From Octopus bimaculoides (Eukaryota), in the NCBI RefSeq assembly GCF_001194135.2, contig NC_068984.1, forward strand, positions 30,589,362 to 30,653,361: a stretch of 64,000 nt of DNA, in the 5' to 3' direction. The notes below the pieces were generated by a model. It was given only the letters and a program-made list of their open reading frames with translations, was not told the DNA's origin and did not search any database. Of the stretch, positions 11,677 to 24,772 are shown piece by piece. The position numbers and the translations under genes are program-made. Position 1 is the stretch's first letter. Every line of letters starts with the position of its first letter.

Positions 11677-12360
11677 AGCATCAGTTGTGGCGTGCAAGAG
11701 AGACGATTGCGCTGGTATGGACATGTGGTGAGAATGGAGGAGGATAGCTGCGTGAAAAAGTGCCACACCCTAACAGTTGAGGGAACCCGTGGAAGGGGTA
11801 GGCCCAGGAAGACCTGGGCTGAGGTGGTGAGGCAAGACCTTCGTACATTGGGCCTCACCGAGGCGATGACTACTGACCGAGACCTTTGGAAATGTGCTGT
11901 GCGTGAGAAGACCCGGCAAGCCAAGTAAGATCGTTGCCAGTGCCCCTGGACTGGCTTGTGNNNNNNNNNNNNNNNNNNNNNNNNNNNNNNNNNNNNNNNN
12001 NNNNNNNNNNNNNNNNNNNNNNNNNNNNNNNNNNNNNNNNNNNNNNNNNNNNNNNNNNNNNNNNNNNNNNNNNNNNNNNNNNNNNNNNNNNNNNNNNNNN
12101 NNNNNNNNNNNNNNNNNNNNNNNNNNNNNNNNNNNNNNNNNNNNNNNNNNNNNNNNNNNNNNNNNNNNNNNNNGACACGTAAAAGCACCCACTACACTCT
12201 CCGAGTGGTTGGCGTTAGGAAGGGCATCCAGCTGTAGAAACTCTGCCAAATCAGACTGGAGCCTGGTGTTGCCATCCGCTTTCACCAGTCCTCAGTCAAA
12301 TCGTCCAACCCATGCTAGCATGGAAAGCGGACGTTAAACGATGATGATGATGATGATGAT
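11677..12360 (+). mobile_element. 5'-truncated RTE LINE: ORF2 C-terminus, 3' UTR and (GAT)n tail (family A)
   Basis: Frame reads …CGVQERRLRWYGHVVRMEEDSCVKKCHTLTVEGTRGRGRPRKTWAEVVRQDL…KTRQAK* (stop 11926-11928). RLRWYGHV and RGRPRKTW are typical RTE ORF2 C-terminal motifs. The UTR is interrupted by a gap. Confidence 0.92.
11961..12173. other. Assembly gap inside the RTE 3' UTR
   Basis: N run. Confidence 0.99.
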
Positions 12361-12385
12361 TTATACAAATATATATAAATATGTG

Positions 12386-12388
<3 letters not shown>

Positions 12389-12437
<49 letters not shown>
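12389..12437. repeat. (GA)n microsatellite
   Basis: Pure dinucleotide run. Confidence 0.97.
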
Positions 12438-12439
<2 letters not shown>

Positions 12440-12846
12440 CACACTTATCATTCAGCAAATGTGTCCCAGAAAGGTAATGTCATAGATGATTATGGATGAG
12501 ATTAAGTGAAGAACAATGAAATGTCTTAAGAATGTGAAAAAGAAAAGCTATTAGATAAACGTGCAATAAGTATTTAAATGAAGGTGAAAAGCAGTTATTC
12601 TAATGTATTACATTTGGAAACATTCCCAAGAGAAATTTAAGAAGAATACTTTTCTTACATGTTATTTGTTCTTTATTCAAGAATATGAACTACAAATAGT
12701 AATAGATACAAAAACAACATATTCAAAAACACTGTGTACAAACACACACACATGAACTTAAATGCATGGCAACTGAGCACTTATGACATTGCTTATAAAC
12801 AACATGTTCATGGACTAATATATATATATGTTTGTGTGTGTGTAAG

Positions 12847-12896
<50 letters not shown>

Positions 12897-13568
12897 CATT
12901 GACACACACACATACACATATACATATTAGATATACGATCTCTCTGTCTCTCTCTCTTGTTCTCTTTCTCTCTCTCTTGTTCTCTTTCTCTCTTTCTCCT
13001 TGTTTCTGTCATTTTTTTGTCATGTCCTCACCAGCTATTAAGCAGAAGTTTTATGTTAACCGTTCTTTCAATATCCATACATAACTTATTCAGCTTGTGG
13101 CAATATCAGATAATTTCAAAGATTATACATTTAGGATATTAATATGTATTATACACCTGTTGTTGGAGTCCACCAAGTAGCATTCAGAATGTCATAGATT
13201 TGTCATTTTTTCCCATGGTGGAAAATCATATACTGTAAGCAATAAACTAGTCTAAATAGCTATTTTAAAGATACATGTGTAAATGTGTGTATGTGTGTGT
13301 GTGTATATTCTCATTTTACATCTTTTTTTCCAATCCTTCCAAACCATCCTATTCAAGCCAGCATAAAAAAATGGACATAAAATGATGATATATACACTCA
13401 CACACATGTACGTAGAAACACACACACATTTACATATATACAAATACACACAAAAACATACATACACACACACACTCATATATATATTGTTAGAGGGAGA
13501 GATATCTTTTTTACATATATATATATATATGTGTGTGTGTGTGTATGTATATATATGTGTGTATATAT

Positions 13569-13599
<31 letters not shown>

Positions 13600-13704
13600 C
13601 ATATACATTCTTACATATGTAGCGATACATTACTACATATGTATAGATTAATACTTATTTCTGCTTCAGCAGTGTTTTGACCAACTTTCCCTGTTTAGTT
13701 AATG

Positions 13705-13760
<56 letters not shown>

Positions 13761-13762
13761 AG

Positions 13763-13816
<54 letters not shown>

Positions 13817-14206
13817 ACAAGATAGATGGTGAAACAGAGTGGAGAGAAAGAGATTCAACCCGAAATAATGCACTCCAGATTCCCTAAAGAGTTTGGAGAA
13901 TATCAAAAATAACAAGGTTTATGTAATGATGTATGAATAATGATCACTATCGCAAAATACAAAAATATCTCTCTGAAATTGGACAGAGGTTTTATTGTAT
14001 ATATTTTTTTCCTCTCAGACATGCTATCACATGTAAATATCAGTTTCAAAATTCACTTGCCAAAATAAAATACGTATGCATACATGTGTGTGTGTGTGTA
14101 TATGTGTGAATGTATCTGTGTATGTATGAGTATACGTGCGTGCATATACATATGTATATATGTATATATGAATATATGTATATATATATATGAATATATG
14201 TATGTA

Positions 14207-14273
<67 letters not shown>

Positions 14274-14964
14274 GTACACACACATGCATACACACACCAC
14301 ATGTATGAGTGTACATATAAATATATTATAAAGAAGAGGTAAAAGTATCTACAAGTTTGTAAGTTAGCAAAAATATAGTGAGTATTTTAATCCCAGAAGT
14401 AAAAAAAAAAATCTCATTTATTTTCATCTAAACCTTATTGATATCATTTCAACAGTTCATATTTTTGTTACAAAATTTAAAAAAGTCCTATATGTGTATA
14501 TATACATTCTAACATATATTCATACATATGTGTGTGTGCATGTGTTAGAGTTTTGTTATTTATCTGATTTCTGTCATTGCGCTGTGGTTATGCTGGTGTA
14601 CTGTCTTCAAATTTCTTAGTTGATCATATGCAACTGAGTACTGATTTCAGATTGGTACTGATTTTATTGATTTGAATTTACAGACTCTATAAGTTGTGGG
14701 ATATAGGGAAATGCAGACATAAAAGATAGCAAGATAATGGACTTATTGCTATCGATGCAGTTATTTACTTACATATATATCATCATCATAATTTTTATTA
14801 AAACAATCATGTTTCCATGCTAGCATGTATCAAATGAAGTTTATTGAAGTAAATTTTGTACAGCTGGAAGCTCTTCCTGTTGCCAACACATACTTGTTCC
14901 TGATCAATGTAATGTTTCTCTAGTTATTCAAACATGAGCAACACAATAGGCAGATATATTTTCT

Positions 14965-15273
14965 TTGTAAGCCTAGTACTTATTCTATCAGTCTCTTTTT
15001 CTGAATCGCTAAATTACGGAAATGCAAACACACTGGCATCAGTTGTCAAATAATGGTGGGGAGAGACCAAACACAGACACTCATGCACTTAAATATACAT
15101 GCTTATATATATGCGACTGGCTTCTTTCAGTTTCCCTCTAATAAATCCACTCACAAGGCTTTTGTCAGCTTGAAGCTATAGTAGAAGACACTTTCCCAAG
15201 GTACCATGCAGTAGGACTGAACCCAGAACCATGTGGTTGGGGAGCAAGCTACTTACCACACAGCTACTCCTGT
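14965..15273 (-). mobile_element. Family C SINE (head and 3' body)
   Basis: Head homologous to 32804-32967; body homologous to 35045-35270. Confidence 0.75.
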
Positions 15274-15404
15274 ATGTCTTTGGGGGTTGCAAAAAGTTGT
15301 ACCAATATAATGTAGGATAAATGTAGTAATGATAACAATAATCCTTGGGATAAATATGGGCAAAAAGGATAAACACCCCTCTGCTAAATATCTATTAATA
15401 TTAT

Positions 15405-15530
15405 ATCTCTGGAAGAAAAGAATCCATGAAGATGCTCAACCCGATGCCCATGGATGCTACAGAGTACACTAATCATCCCAGGAATACAGACTGTGATTTA
15501 AGAGACATGTGATTTGTGGCAACGTAGGCA
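15405..15530 (+). mobile_element. Dispersed repeat fragment, family F
   Basis: CATGGAT…TCATCCCAGGAATACAGACTGTGAT…ATGTGATTT also occurs, diverged, at ~33650-33730. Confidence 0.5.
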
Positions 15531-15613
15531 TCAATGCATTAAATGTTTATAATTTCCATCCAAGGATTATTGTTGTTATTACTACACACACACACATGTA
15601 TGTATATGTGTGC

Positions 15614-15667
<54 letters not shown>

Positions 15668-16588
15668 GGGTATATCTATATCTATCTATCTATCTATCTA
15701 TCTCTCTATATATATATATTACACACATATATATATACATATACANNNNNNNNNNNNNNNNNNNNNNNNNNNNNNNNNNATATATATGAATGTATGTATA
15801 TATGTATAAACGTATGTATATAAAGCACAATATATATTGTTTAAAAGTGTGTAGTATGTTACATGTTAGAATGATAAGAACTATAACTTTTCACTGAAGC
15901 TCTTCTATTGAGTGCATCTTATATCATATACATATTTGGGGTCATGCCAGAGTTGTTAGAGTTTGAAACACTTTATGACATTTATTATCACATCAAATCC
16001 CACAGAGGTTAACTTTACATCTCATTTTTGAGGAGGTGATAAAATAACGTACCCGACTAAGGCAAAAAAACTGGAAGAATCAGTAAAGTATCACAAAGGA
16101 TGCCTTATTGTATTAGATTCAGTTCTTTTATTTCTGTGTTCAAGTCTTGTCATGTCCTACTAGAATAGAAGATATACTCTGTTGTTCAATCTAACACCCA
16201 CCACCTGTACTTTCTGGTGTCTTTAGTGGAGAAGTGTGCGTATGAATGCATAGTTGTGAAAATGTTCATGAAATAAAATGATGCTAAGTTATGCGTGTAG
16301 ACAATGATATCATCTTTTGTGGTTGTACTATACTGGTGCAGTTTGCTGACATTTCTACTGCAAGCATTCTGACCCTTTTTGTAATTTTAGTATATCTCCC
16401 ACCCTCTACCTAGTCTCAGAGTCTCTGAACAGGGTCATGGGCACTGCACTTTCTCCTCACTAAAGGACAAAAACAAACATAGGTCTACTTAGATGAGATG
16501 AGGCATTTCACTATATAATTGAGTGAGAACAGCAACCCTCAGTAACTGAGATTATAAAGCCAGACAATTGATAATTGCTTTAAATATT

Positions 16589-16812
16589 AAGATGGTGAGC
16601 TGGCAGAAACGTTAGTATGTCAGGCAAAATGCTTGGCAGTATTTCGTCTGTCTTTACATTCTGAGTTCAAATTCCACTGAGGTCGACTTTGTCTTTCACC
16701 TTTTCGGAATCACTAAATTAAGTACCAGTTACGTACTGGGGGCTGATCTAACTGACTGTCCCCTCTCCCCGCCCAAAAAAATTTTGGGCCTTGTGCCTAG
16801 AGTAGAAAAAAA
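16589..16812 (+). mobile_element. Family B SINE
   Basis: GGTGAGCTGGCAGAAACGTTAG…CTGAGTTCAAATTCC (B-box-like)…GTCGACTTTG…AAGTACCAGTT. Confidence 0.82.
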
Positions 16813-16829
16813 TTGTTTTAAATGTTATT

Positions 16830-17061
16830 TATTTCATTATTGCCCACAGGGGGCTAAACATAATAGGGACAAGCAAAAACAAACAAAGGGATTAAGTCAA
16901 TTACATCGACCCCAGTGCATAACTGGTACTTATTTAATTGACCCTGAAAGGCTGAAAAGCAAAGTTGACCTTAGCGGAATTTGAACTCAGAACATAACGG
17001 TAGACGAAATACCGCTAAGCATTTCACCCGGCATCCAAACGATTCTGCCAGCTCACCGCCC
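16830..17061 (-). mobile_element. Family B SINE with a 16-bp target-site duplication
   Basis: Reverse-complement copy flanked by TGTTTTAAATGTTATT at 16814-16829 and 17062-17077. Confidence 0.88.
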
Positions 17062-17732
17062 TGTTTTAAATGTTATTACAATAGCGTTTATGCTGTGAGT
17101 GGGCACAGATTACATAGCTCTCTTACCTCAGTTTATTTGGCAGACAAACAAGTGCCATTATTACTCATTCAATTTTTAAAATACATTAATGATCAAATTT
17201 TAAAAAGAGAAAGAAATTCCACTCATAATAGTGTGGAAGATTAGATAAAACAGAGAAAAAGATAAAAATGGGGATTGAAATTGTTATAAATAAAACATTC
17301 TGAAATTAGTATGCCCTAGTGCACTGGAATTCAATTTTGCAAATTAAATCCATTCATGCAAGCTGAAAAGCAGATTTAAACTAGTAAATAGTATGTCTCT
17401 TTTTGCCTTTTGTTTTTGTTCTTCTAAATTTTCACTATTGTTGTAACCAGAAATAACCATTTTACAATTTTTCCAATTAAGATTATAATTGTCATAAAAA
17501 TTTTAGTACAAAAATACAATATTTGATAATCCATAATAGAGTGTTTACAAAAAGACTTGTGTTTGTAAGACAACATATATTTGTAATCAAAAGATACAAC
17601 ATTACAATTACAGGAGTCTATAGTGGAACCTCTAGAAATAGCAACTATATGTCCCTTAAATCACATCTGACTTTCTCATGTCCAGAAGAATACATTCCAC
17701 ATTGTAGTCACTGATATGCAAAAGATGGGGTG

Positions 17733-18150
17733 GTCAAGGTTGTGTAGCTAAGAAGCTTGCTTCACAACCACGTGGTTTTGGGTTCAGTCCCACTCTGCAG
17801 CACCCCAGGCAAATAATTTCCACAATAGCATTCAGTCCAACCAATGCCTTGTGAATGGATTTGGTAAAGAGAAACTGTGTGAAAGTCCATTGTATATATG
17901 TTTAGATATGTATATGTATATATATGTGTGTGTACCTTTGTATTTGTGTTTTGTCCCTCCTATCATCTGACAACTGGTGTTGGTTTGTTTATGCCCCTGT
18001 AACTTTGCAGAACAGCAAAGGAGTCCAACCAGACTTTAAAAAATAAGTACTGATGTTGATTTGTTCAGGAAAATCTTTCAAGGCCATATCCCATCATGGA
18101 CTTAGCTGCAGAACTGAAAAAAAGATAAAAGATAAGAGATAAAAGATAAA
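17733..18150 (+). mobile_element. Family C SINE, near full length
   Basis: Head with GGTTCAGTCCCACT, internal (TA/TG)n, body, and an AAAGAT-type repeat tail. Confidence 0.72.
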
Positions 18151-18829
18151 AGAAATATCTGGTTTATATCATCATGAAAGAGGTGCAATATTTCATTATA
18201 GAGATACCACAAGTAAACTAGTTTATTTTAAAGTATTTCTGCAGGAGGTCACATTTACCTTCAATTAACCTTTATAAATTTAGACTGTCTCCAACCTTAG
18301 AAGCAAAATAAATAGAATCACTTTTCAAATTATTATTATCATTACAGACTGTCTAAATTACAGTTCATATATCAAAGATTATTTTCAAATTAAAAAGAAA
18401 TACCTGCAAGCGCTAAAACCTAAGATACTATCTTTCAGGATACTGAAAGTACACACGTTATTCAATTTTGAACTCAGCATGACTTATTCAAGTTAAATAT
18501 GGCCAATTAAAATTTCTTTATATTTAATCATAATGGTTTCTGTAGGCTTTGTTAAAGTGAATTGTTAATAAATAAATCTTTAAAAATAATCTTGCTTCCT
18601 AAATTCAATCTTAAAATTAATTACTTATTTTATATACATAATAAAGAAAATATCCTGAAACTAAAAGACTAATTTGCTCTTAATAATTGTCTGTGTGTTT
18701 ATGATTATTTGAAAGATTTTCTATGTGATTCCTGAATTATTTTCAAAACTTTTGTAATATTTCTATTGTTTTAAGTAAAATTTCCTTAAATAAATGCTTG
18801 TTTATCACTAGAGTAAACTCAACATGATA

Positions 18830-19420
18830 TGGTATTAAATCCATATCTCTATGCTTCATTAAACCTTATAATTCTATTATTAGATAGCTCCATAATAAAA
18901 CGTTTATTCAATTTATCCAAGAACTCACTTAAAACATTAATTATGAATCCATTACTCTTAAATACTTGTATTAAAGCAATTCAACCAAGACAAATTATCA
19001 TGGAAAACTTGATAATTATAAATACATTTGTCTTTTTTTTCTTTCTTTTCCTTTCAAATATCACTTATATGTAGTTTAAGAGTGTGCATGCGTTTGCATT
19101 TGTACATGTATCTGTGTTTATGTGAGTATGTATCTGTGTGTTTTTTGAAGTAAAAATATATGCTTCTCATATTCATGATGGCCAGCAAAACAAAAAAGCA
19201 AAGCAGTAAAAAATAATTCCGTTGAGAGATAATCACCACGTGTGGTTTCTTCTCTTCGGTTAGACATCTATGCTATAGTTCAGCATTATTTTAGTGGTAT
19301 TTGCAAATCTTCCCCTGAGTCCATTTGTTGGCAATTATATTGATATTCAGGAAGTCTGCATTGTCAAATACTATTTGTAATGCTAATTCCAAATATTCTC
19401 TTATGATTGTCTTTATTGTT
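18830..19420 (-). pseudogene. Probable degraded Penelope-like retroelement RT C-terminal remnant
   Basis: Minus strand gives ADFLNINI (~19350, FLD-like motif) and then IQVFKSNGFIINVLSEFLDKLNKRF (18970-18893), resembling the F..NGY…FL.K helix of Penelope-type RTs. Alignment is by eye only. Confidence 0.4.
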
Positions 19421-19928
19421 GTGACCACTGATGAAAAGGGTGTCACCTATATCTATGGTCATAGGATTGATTTTGTAATGTAACTTCCTAGAGGTACATG
19501 TCTCACATGACAACTTATTAAGCTATTTATCTTTTCCCTCTGAAGCTTTTGTTTTGTTTATGTTTTTTCTAGGAAAGGTTTACTTACTCTCTAATGTTTC
19601 CTCATTTCAGAAAACACTAATTTCTGTTTAATACAATGTGTTTCTGGGGAATAGATATTGACCGACCTTTCAGTATAACATCAAGAATACATGAAGCAAT
19701 AGATGGAAAGAGTAAAAAATAAATAAATAAAAAAATGAATAGATTAAAAAGATTAAAATTAATGTAACAGTTAACTATTTAGCAAGTTCAGCAGAGCAGA
19801 GACAGTCTTAGAAATAGAAAAATAAGCAGAAAGGAACATATTTAATGGTGGTCAAATGGTGGAATTTTCATGACTAAAGTTTCATGAATCGGTTTGATAG
19901 ATTGTTACAAAAATATTGTTGAGGATAT

Positions 19929-20089
19929 TCATCATCATCATCATCATCGTTTAACGTCCGCTTTCCATGCTAGCATGGGTTGACTGAGGACTGGTGGACC
20001 AGATGGCTACACCAGGCTCCAATCTGATTTGGCAGAGTTTCTACAGCTGGATGCCCTTCCTAACACCAACCACTCTGAAAGTGTAGTGG
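19929..20089 (-). mobile_element. Family A (RTE) 3' tail
   Basis: (CAT)n followed by the reverse complement of the family A terminal sequence. Confidence 0.85.
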
Positions 20090-20856
20090 GTTCTGCATCA
20101 GCTCAGCTGCATGAAGAGTATGCTTTTTTAGCTTTTAGCTTCAAGTATATTCGTAGTTAGCCTAGTATCAATAGCTACTCAGAGTGAAGATATTTTCTCA
20201 ATACTAGCTAGAAGCTCAGTCACTGAGACACAACACAATTGTAGCTATGTGAAATATGTGTATAGTTGCTGTTGTTTTTGCTGATGGTAGAGATAGTGAT
20301 GGCTGTTGTTATTTAGCACTAAGTTGGCTCCTGACCAAGCAAAGCTATGACTTAGTGGATTCCACCAATAACCACTCATGTCCTTCAATCAGGTGCATTT
20401 CTAGGACAACATTATCCAAGGTGCTCCTCTTCTTTAAAGAAGATAAGATGTAATTTAAGAGAAATTTGATTGCTATTTCTACCATGTAGAGATAGTTTCG
20501 TTGTTTTGTGACATATGTATAGTTACCATAAGAGATTGCAAAATTAAAATTTTATTCAGGCTATGATTGGATTCACAATGTATAATTCGTGAGAGTTGTA
20601 AAAATTGCATTATGGTATTTTCCCCTGTCTTGTGCAATGTTGTGGCATTGCATCATTGAGATGTTTGTTTTGGAGCTGTTGAAAGGAAATATGCTGTTCA
20701 GAATCTAATGAAGAAGGTTTTAAATTATATGTATAAAAAGTCATTACAGAACAATTTCCTCTTATTTTTCCGACAGGAGCAATGAAGATGCCTTTCCAGT
20801 CTACTTAATTTGCTAGAAATACAACCAGGCTATCTTACAAAAAAAAAAAAAAAAAA

Positions 20857-21051
20857 NNNNNNNNNNNNNNNNNNNNNNNNNNNNNNNNNNNNNNNNNNNN
20901 NNNNNNNNNNNNNNNNNNNNNNNNNNNNNNNNNNNNNNNNNNNNNNNNNNNNNNNNNNNNNNNNNNNNNNNNNNNNNNNNNNNNNNNNNNNNNNNNNNNN
21001 NNNNNNNNNNNNNNNNNNNNNNNNNNNNNNNNNNNNNNNNNNNNNNNNNNN
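20857..21051. other. Assembly gap between poly-A and (GA)/(AAG)n
   Basis: N run. Confidence 0.99.
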
Positions 21052-21704
21052 AGAGGGAGAGAGGGGAGAGAGAGAGAGAGAGAAGAAGAAGAAGAAGAAG
21101 AAGAAGAAGAAGAAGAAGAAAAATATAGATATCAGTATTGATAGTTTATTTACTGACACTGAAAAGAAAATCTCAGCAGGATTTGAATCAAATGTGCAGA
21201 GATCTAGAATGAATGCAGCAAACCATTCTATTCGATGCTTTAGTGACTAGAAATTAAGATGAGAAGGTCATAGGTGGTATGCTTTTAAACACAAGTCTGC
21301 TGAAGCAGGATTGATCTGGTTTACTCTTTTAGCATTTAAACCGGTCATATCCTGCAAACATATTCTTCCTGTTTTATCTTCTTTCTAACCAGATCTGGTC
21401 TCTCACACTTACCCTATAATGTTATGCTAAACACGGTGGTGCATCAGCATGGCCGCAGCTCTGAGCTGAAACTTTGAAATGAAATGAAATGAAATCATGT
21501 CCCTGGAATTTCAAAGCACTTATTCCATGTGAATAAATAAGCATTACATTTGACAGAGATATCTGAATGCTAAACAACAACCACACTCTTTCCCAGCTAA
21601 GAAACCTCATTCTAGAAATAGCAGCCAAATATCCCTCAAACAGTACTCTTAAGTAAGAAAGAATATATTGGATAATCTGAAGATAAACAAAGGTAATGTT
21701 ATTT

Positions 21705-21945
21705 TCTTGAGTCCTACTGACTCATTAAGGCCAGTTTCTTAGTTTCATGACATACATATTCCCCACTTGCATGGGATGTTCTGGTCCATCACAGAATTAT
21801 TCATTTTTGCCAGCTGAGTGGACTGGAGCAAAGTGAAATGAAGTAGTTTGCTCAAGAGCACGACACATCATCTGATCCAGGAATCAAAACCAAAATCTTA
21901 TGATCATGATGCTGACACCCTAACCACTAAGCCATGTGCCTCCAC
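21705..21945 (-). mobile_element. tRNA-derived SINE with CORE-like domain, family G
   Basis: Minus strand GTGGAGGCACATGGCTTAGTGGTTAGGGTG (A-box-like)…TTGATTCCTGG (B-box-like)…CTTGAGCAAACTACTTCATTTCACTTTGCTCCAGTCCACTCAGCTGG. Confidence 0.65.
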
Positions 21946-22029
21946 AATCGGATAATATCAAGTCCTAGATATTTCTAAAATAATAGGATGGTCAAGGCTG
22001 GAATATATTTGATTCCTCCTCCTCATTAT

Positions 22030-22875
22030 CATCATCATTTAACGTCTGGCATGGGTTGGACAGTTTAACTGAGCTGGCACACTGAAAGGCTGCACTAGAC
22101 TCCAGTTTGATTTGGCATGGTTTTCTATAGCTAGATGCCCTTCCTAACGCCAACCACTCTCAGACTGTAATGGGTGCTTTTACGTGCCACCAGCACGGGT
22201 GCCATATGTGTGCCACCAACATCTGTCATGACTGCAAATTTGCTCGGCTTGATGAGTCTTCTTCTCAAGAATGACATAATGCTAAAAGTCTCGGTCATTG
22301 CCTCCATGAAGCCCAACACTTGAAAGAAACTCAACCACTTTGCCTCCATGATGCCCAATGCTCAAAAGCTATTCTTTATGTGCCACCAGCAAGAGTGCCA
22401 GTTTCCACAACTATGATTTCACTTGGCTTGACAGGTGCTCTCAAGCACAGCGTATTGCCAACGGTCTTGGTCACTAGTCATTGCCTCTGTGAGGCTCAAA
22501 GTCCAAAGCTCATGCTTCACCACCTCATCCTATGTCTTCCTGGGTCTACTTCTTATTTCTATACTGTCCACAAGGGGCTACGCACAGAGGGGACAAACAA
22601 GGACAGAAAAATGGATTAAGTCGATTATATCGACTCCAGTGTGTAACTGGTACTTATTTAATTGACCCCAAACGGATGAAAGGCAAAGTCGACCTCGACG
22701 GAATTTGAACTCAGGATGTAACGGCAGATGAAATACCGCTAAGCATTTCGTACGGAGTGCTAATGTTTCTGCCAGCTTGCCTGTCTACTTCTACCACAAG
22801 TTCCCTCCACAGTTAGAGTTCGGCACTTCTTTACACAGCTGTCCTCATCCCATATGCATCACCTGACCATATCAT
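22030..22875 (-). mobile_element. Degraded family A RTE 3' region with a repeated ORF2 end, interrupted by a SINE
   Basis: Tail and UTR at 22030-22210. Two segments are homologous to the RTE ORF end (~22215-22330 and ~22400-22553), and the ORF homology continues at 22783-22875. Confidence 0.7.
22554..22782 (-). mobile_element. Family B SINE inserted in the RTE remnant
   Basis: Flanked by the 10-bp duplication GTCTACTTCT (22544-22553 and 22783-22792). Confidence 0.85.
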
Positions 22876-23989
22876 TTATGTATATATTATATGTTGAGCT
22901 GGAACAGAGTGACCCAGGATTAAATTGACATTTTTATTTAATTTTAGATGATTAATCTATAGGAATGCAAGATTAGAATTTTTTGATGGCAGTCACAAAT
23001 TATAACGTCAACAAAAATACCCAAGTGAATCAGCTTCTTTTTTTAATTCACTTAACGAGATTAATGTTTCTTTAGCCAGGATTTAAAACATACTTAAAAG
23101 ATATCAGTGAGATACAAGAAAAACAAATTAGACATCCTAAAACTGATGTTCTTTATTTTATTGTTTAAGAACAATTTTCTTTGAGAGTTTTTTTTTTTGT
23201 TTTTCTAGTGATTCTCATTGACTGAGAAGAATATATCCAGTCATAAAACTTTTAAATTATAAATGTTTATGCCAATGTGTAGAATGTTCTTCACACCTTG
23301 TTGGGGGTCCTTAAAACTATTTTGAGCAATGCCTTAGGAAGTGATAAGTTCTATATTCCCTTTACACAAAACTAATAGTATCTGCAGTTGCTATTTATAA
23401 TAGTCATTGACAACATTCAGTACTTGAGGAGACACTTCAAGCTAAATAAAATCTTTGTCATCCATACATACTTTACAGGTGTCGCATAAAATGCACTCAA
23501 GCTGGTGCTGTGTAAATGCACCTGTGCCAGAGGTATGTAAAATGCACCCAGCACACTCTGTAAAGTGGTTGGCATTAGGAAGGGCATTCAGTTGCAGAAA
23601 CCCTGCCACAACAGATAATTGGAGGTGATGATGAGTCCATGTTGGCATGGGTTGGACAGCTTGACAGATTGTGATTGGTACATCTTGCCACCCTTAGTCT
23701 TTCATCACCAGCATTAGTAACTGTGTCACTAACACTGCTTCACCACTATTGCCTGAATTCCACAACCATCACTACAAAGTTCCACAAACAGCCTCATAAG
23801 CCAACAAGAGACTCTCTATGTGTTTGGCCAACTGGCAAGAAGTAGAGCATAAGTCTCTTTCATAGAACACCTTACCATCTTAGAAAGAAGATGGCATTGA
23901 ATAATGTGTTTCTAGATGCACTGGTTTTGGAAGAATAAATGTTGTTCATGTCTGGTACACCATCCATTCCTAGGTCTGCTTGATCAGAG

Positions 23990-24150
23990 TTGACTTGAGA
24001 CTAACCACCATCACCGCCACCAGAACCACCACTACCACCACCACTGCCACAACTGCCATGACCGCCACAACCGCCACCACCGCCACCACCATCACTACCA
24101 CCACGAACAACAACATCAGCAGCAGCAGCAGCGGCAGCAGCAGCAGCACA
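23990..24150. repeat. Compound (ACC/AAC/AGC)n tract
   Basis: Triplet runs that produce the poly-T and poly-V ORFs. Confidence 0.9.
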
Positions 24151-24772
24151 AATTTCATTTATGTAACATATTTTCTAAGAAATCAGTAGACTACAAAGGC
24201 AAAATTGAAAAAATTATCTGTAAATTATTCTTAATTCTATGATACTGTAATGTTGGCTTCTTTTTGTTCAGAAATAAAGATTAGAGCAGTGTGTCAACAA
24301 CATTTATGCTTATTTCTATGTCAATACTGTTCACATGAGGTTGAAGTGTCAAACAGAAATTCTTAATTAATTGCTGAATCATAATTTTGAGAATAATAAA
24401 ATAAAATAAAATATCTTAATGAATTTTTTTTCTTTATCATCTTTCTTGTCCAGTATTCTTACTTTCCTGTTTTCATGTTTGAAGTGTTATTTTTTTGTAG
24501 ATATTACCATGTTTTTTTGTTTTTTTTTCCTGGGTTTCGAAACAGAATTTATCAACATTTTCTTTCCTTTGGAGCTTGTTTTGTTAAGGTGATAGTTATT
24601 CATATTGTTTACAAAACTATTGATTTTTCCAAATAGTTCTCTACTATGAACAAGATTTGTTGATTATTCCATCCGTGGGGTGATAGCATGGAGACTGAGG
24701 CCTAGTTTTATTGTTCAGTTTCAAACTGGTTCTTTTCTGTTAGCAAATGACATTTGAACGATGCATGAATAT

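Noticed and set aside
19422-19461. TGACCA-CTGATGA…TA-TGGTCA (stem I and half a core)
   Set aside because: GAAA and stem III are absent; at best an unrecognisable relic.
20776-20814. Acceptor followed by a short frame ending in a stop (SNEDAFPVYLIC*)
   Set aside because: Too short, unidentifiable and next to a gap.
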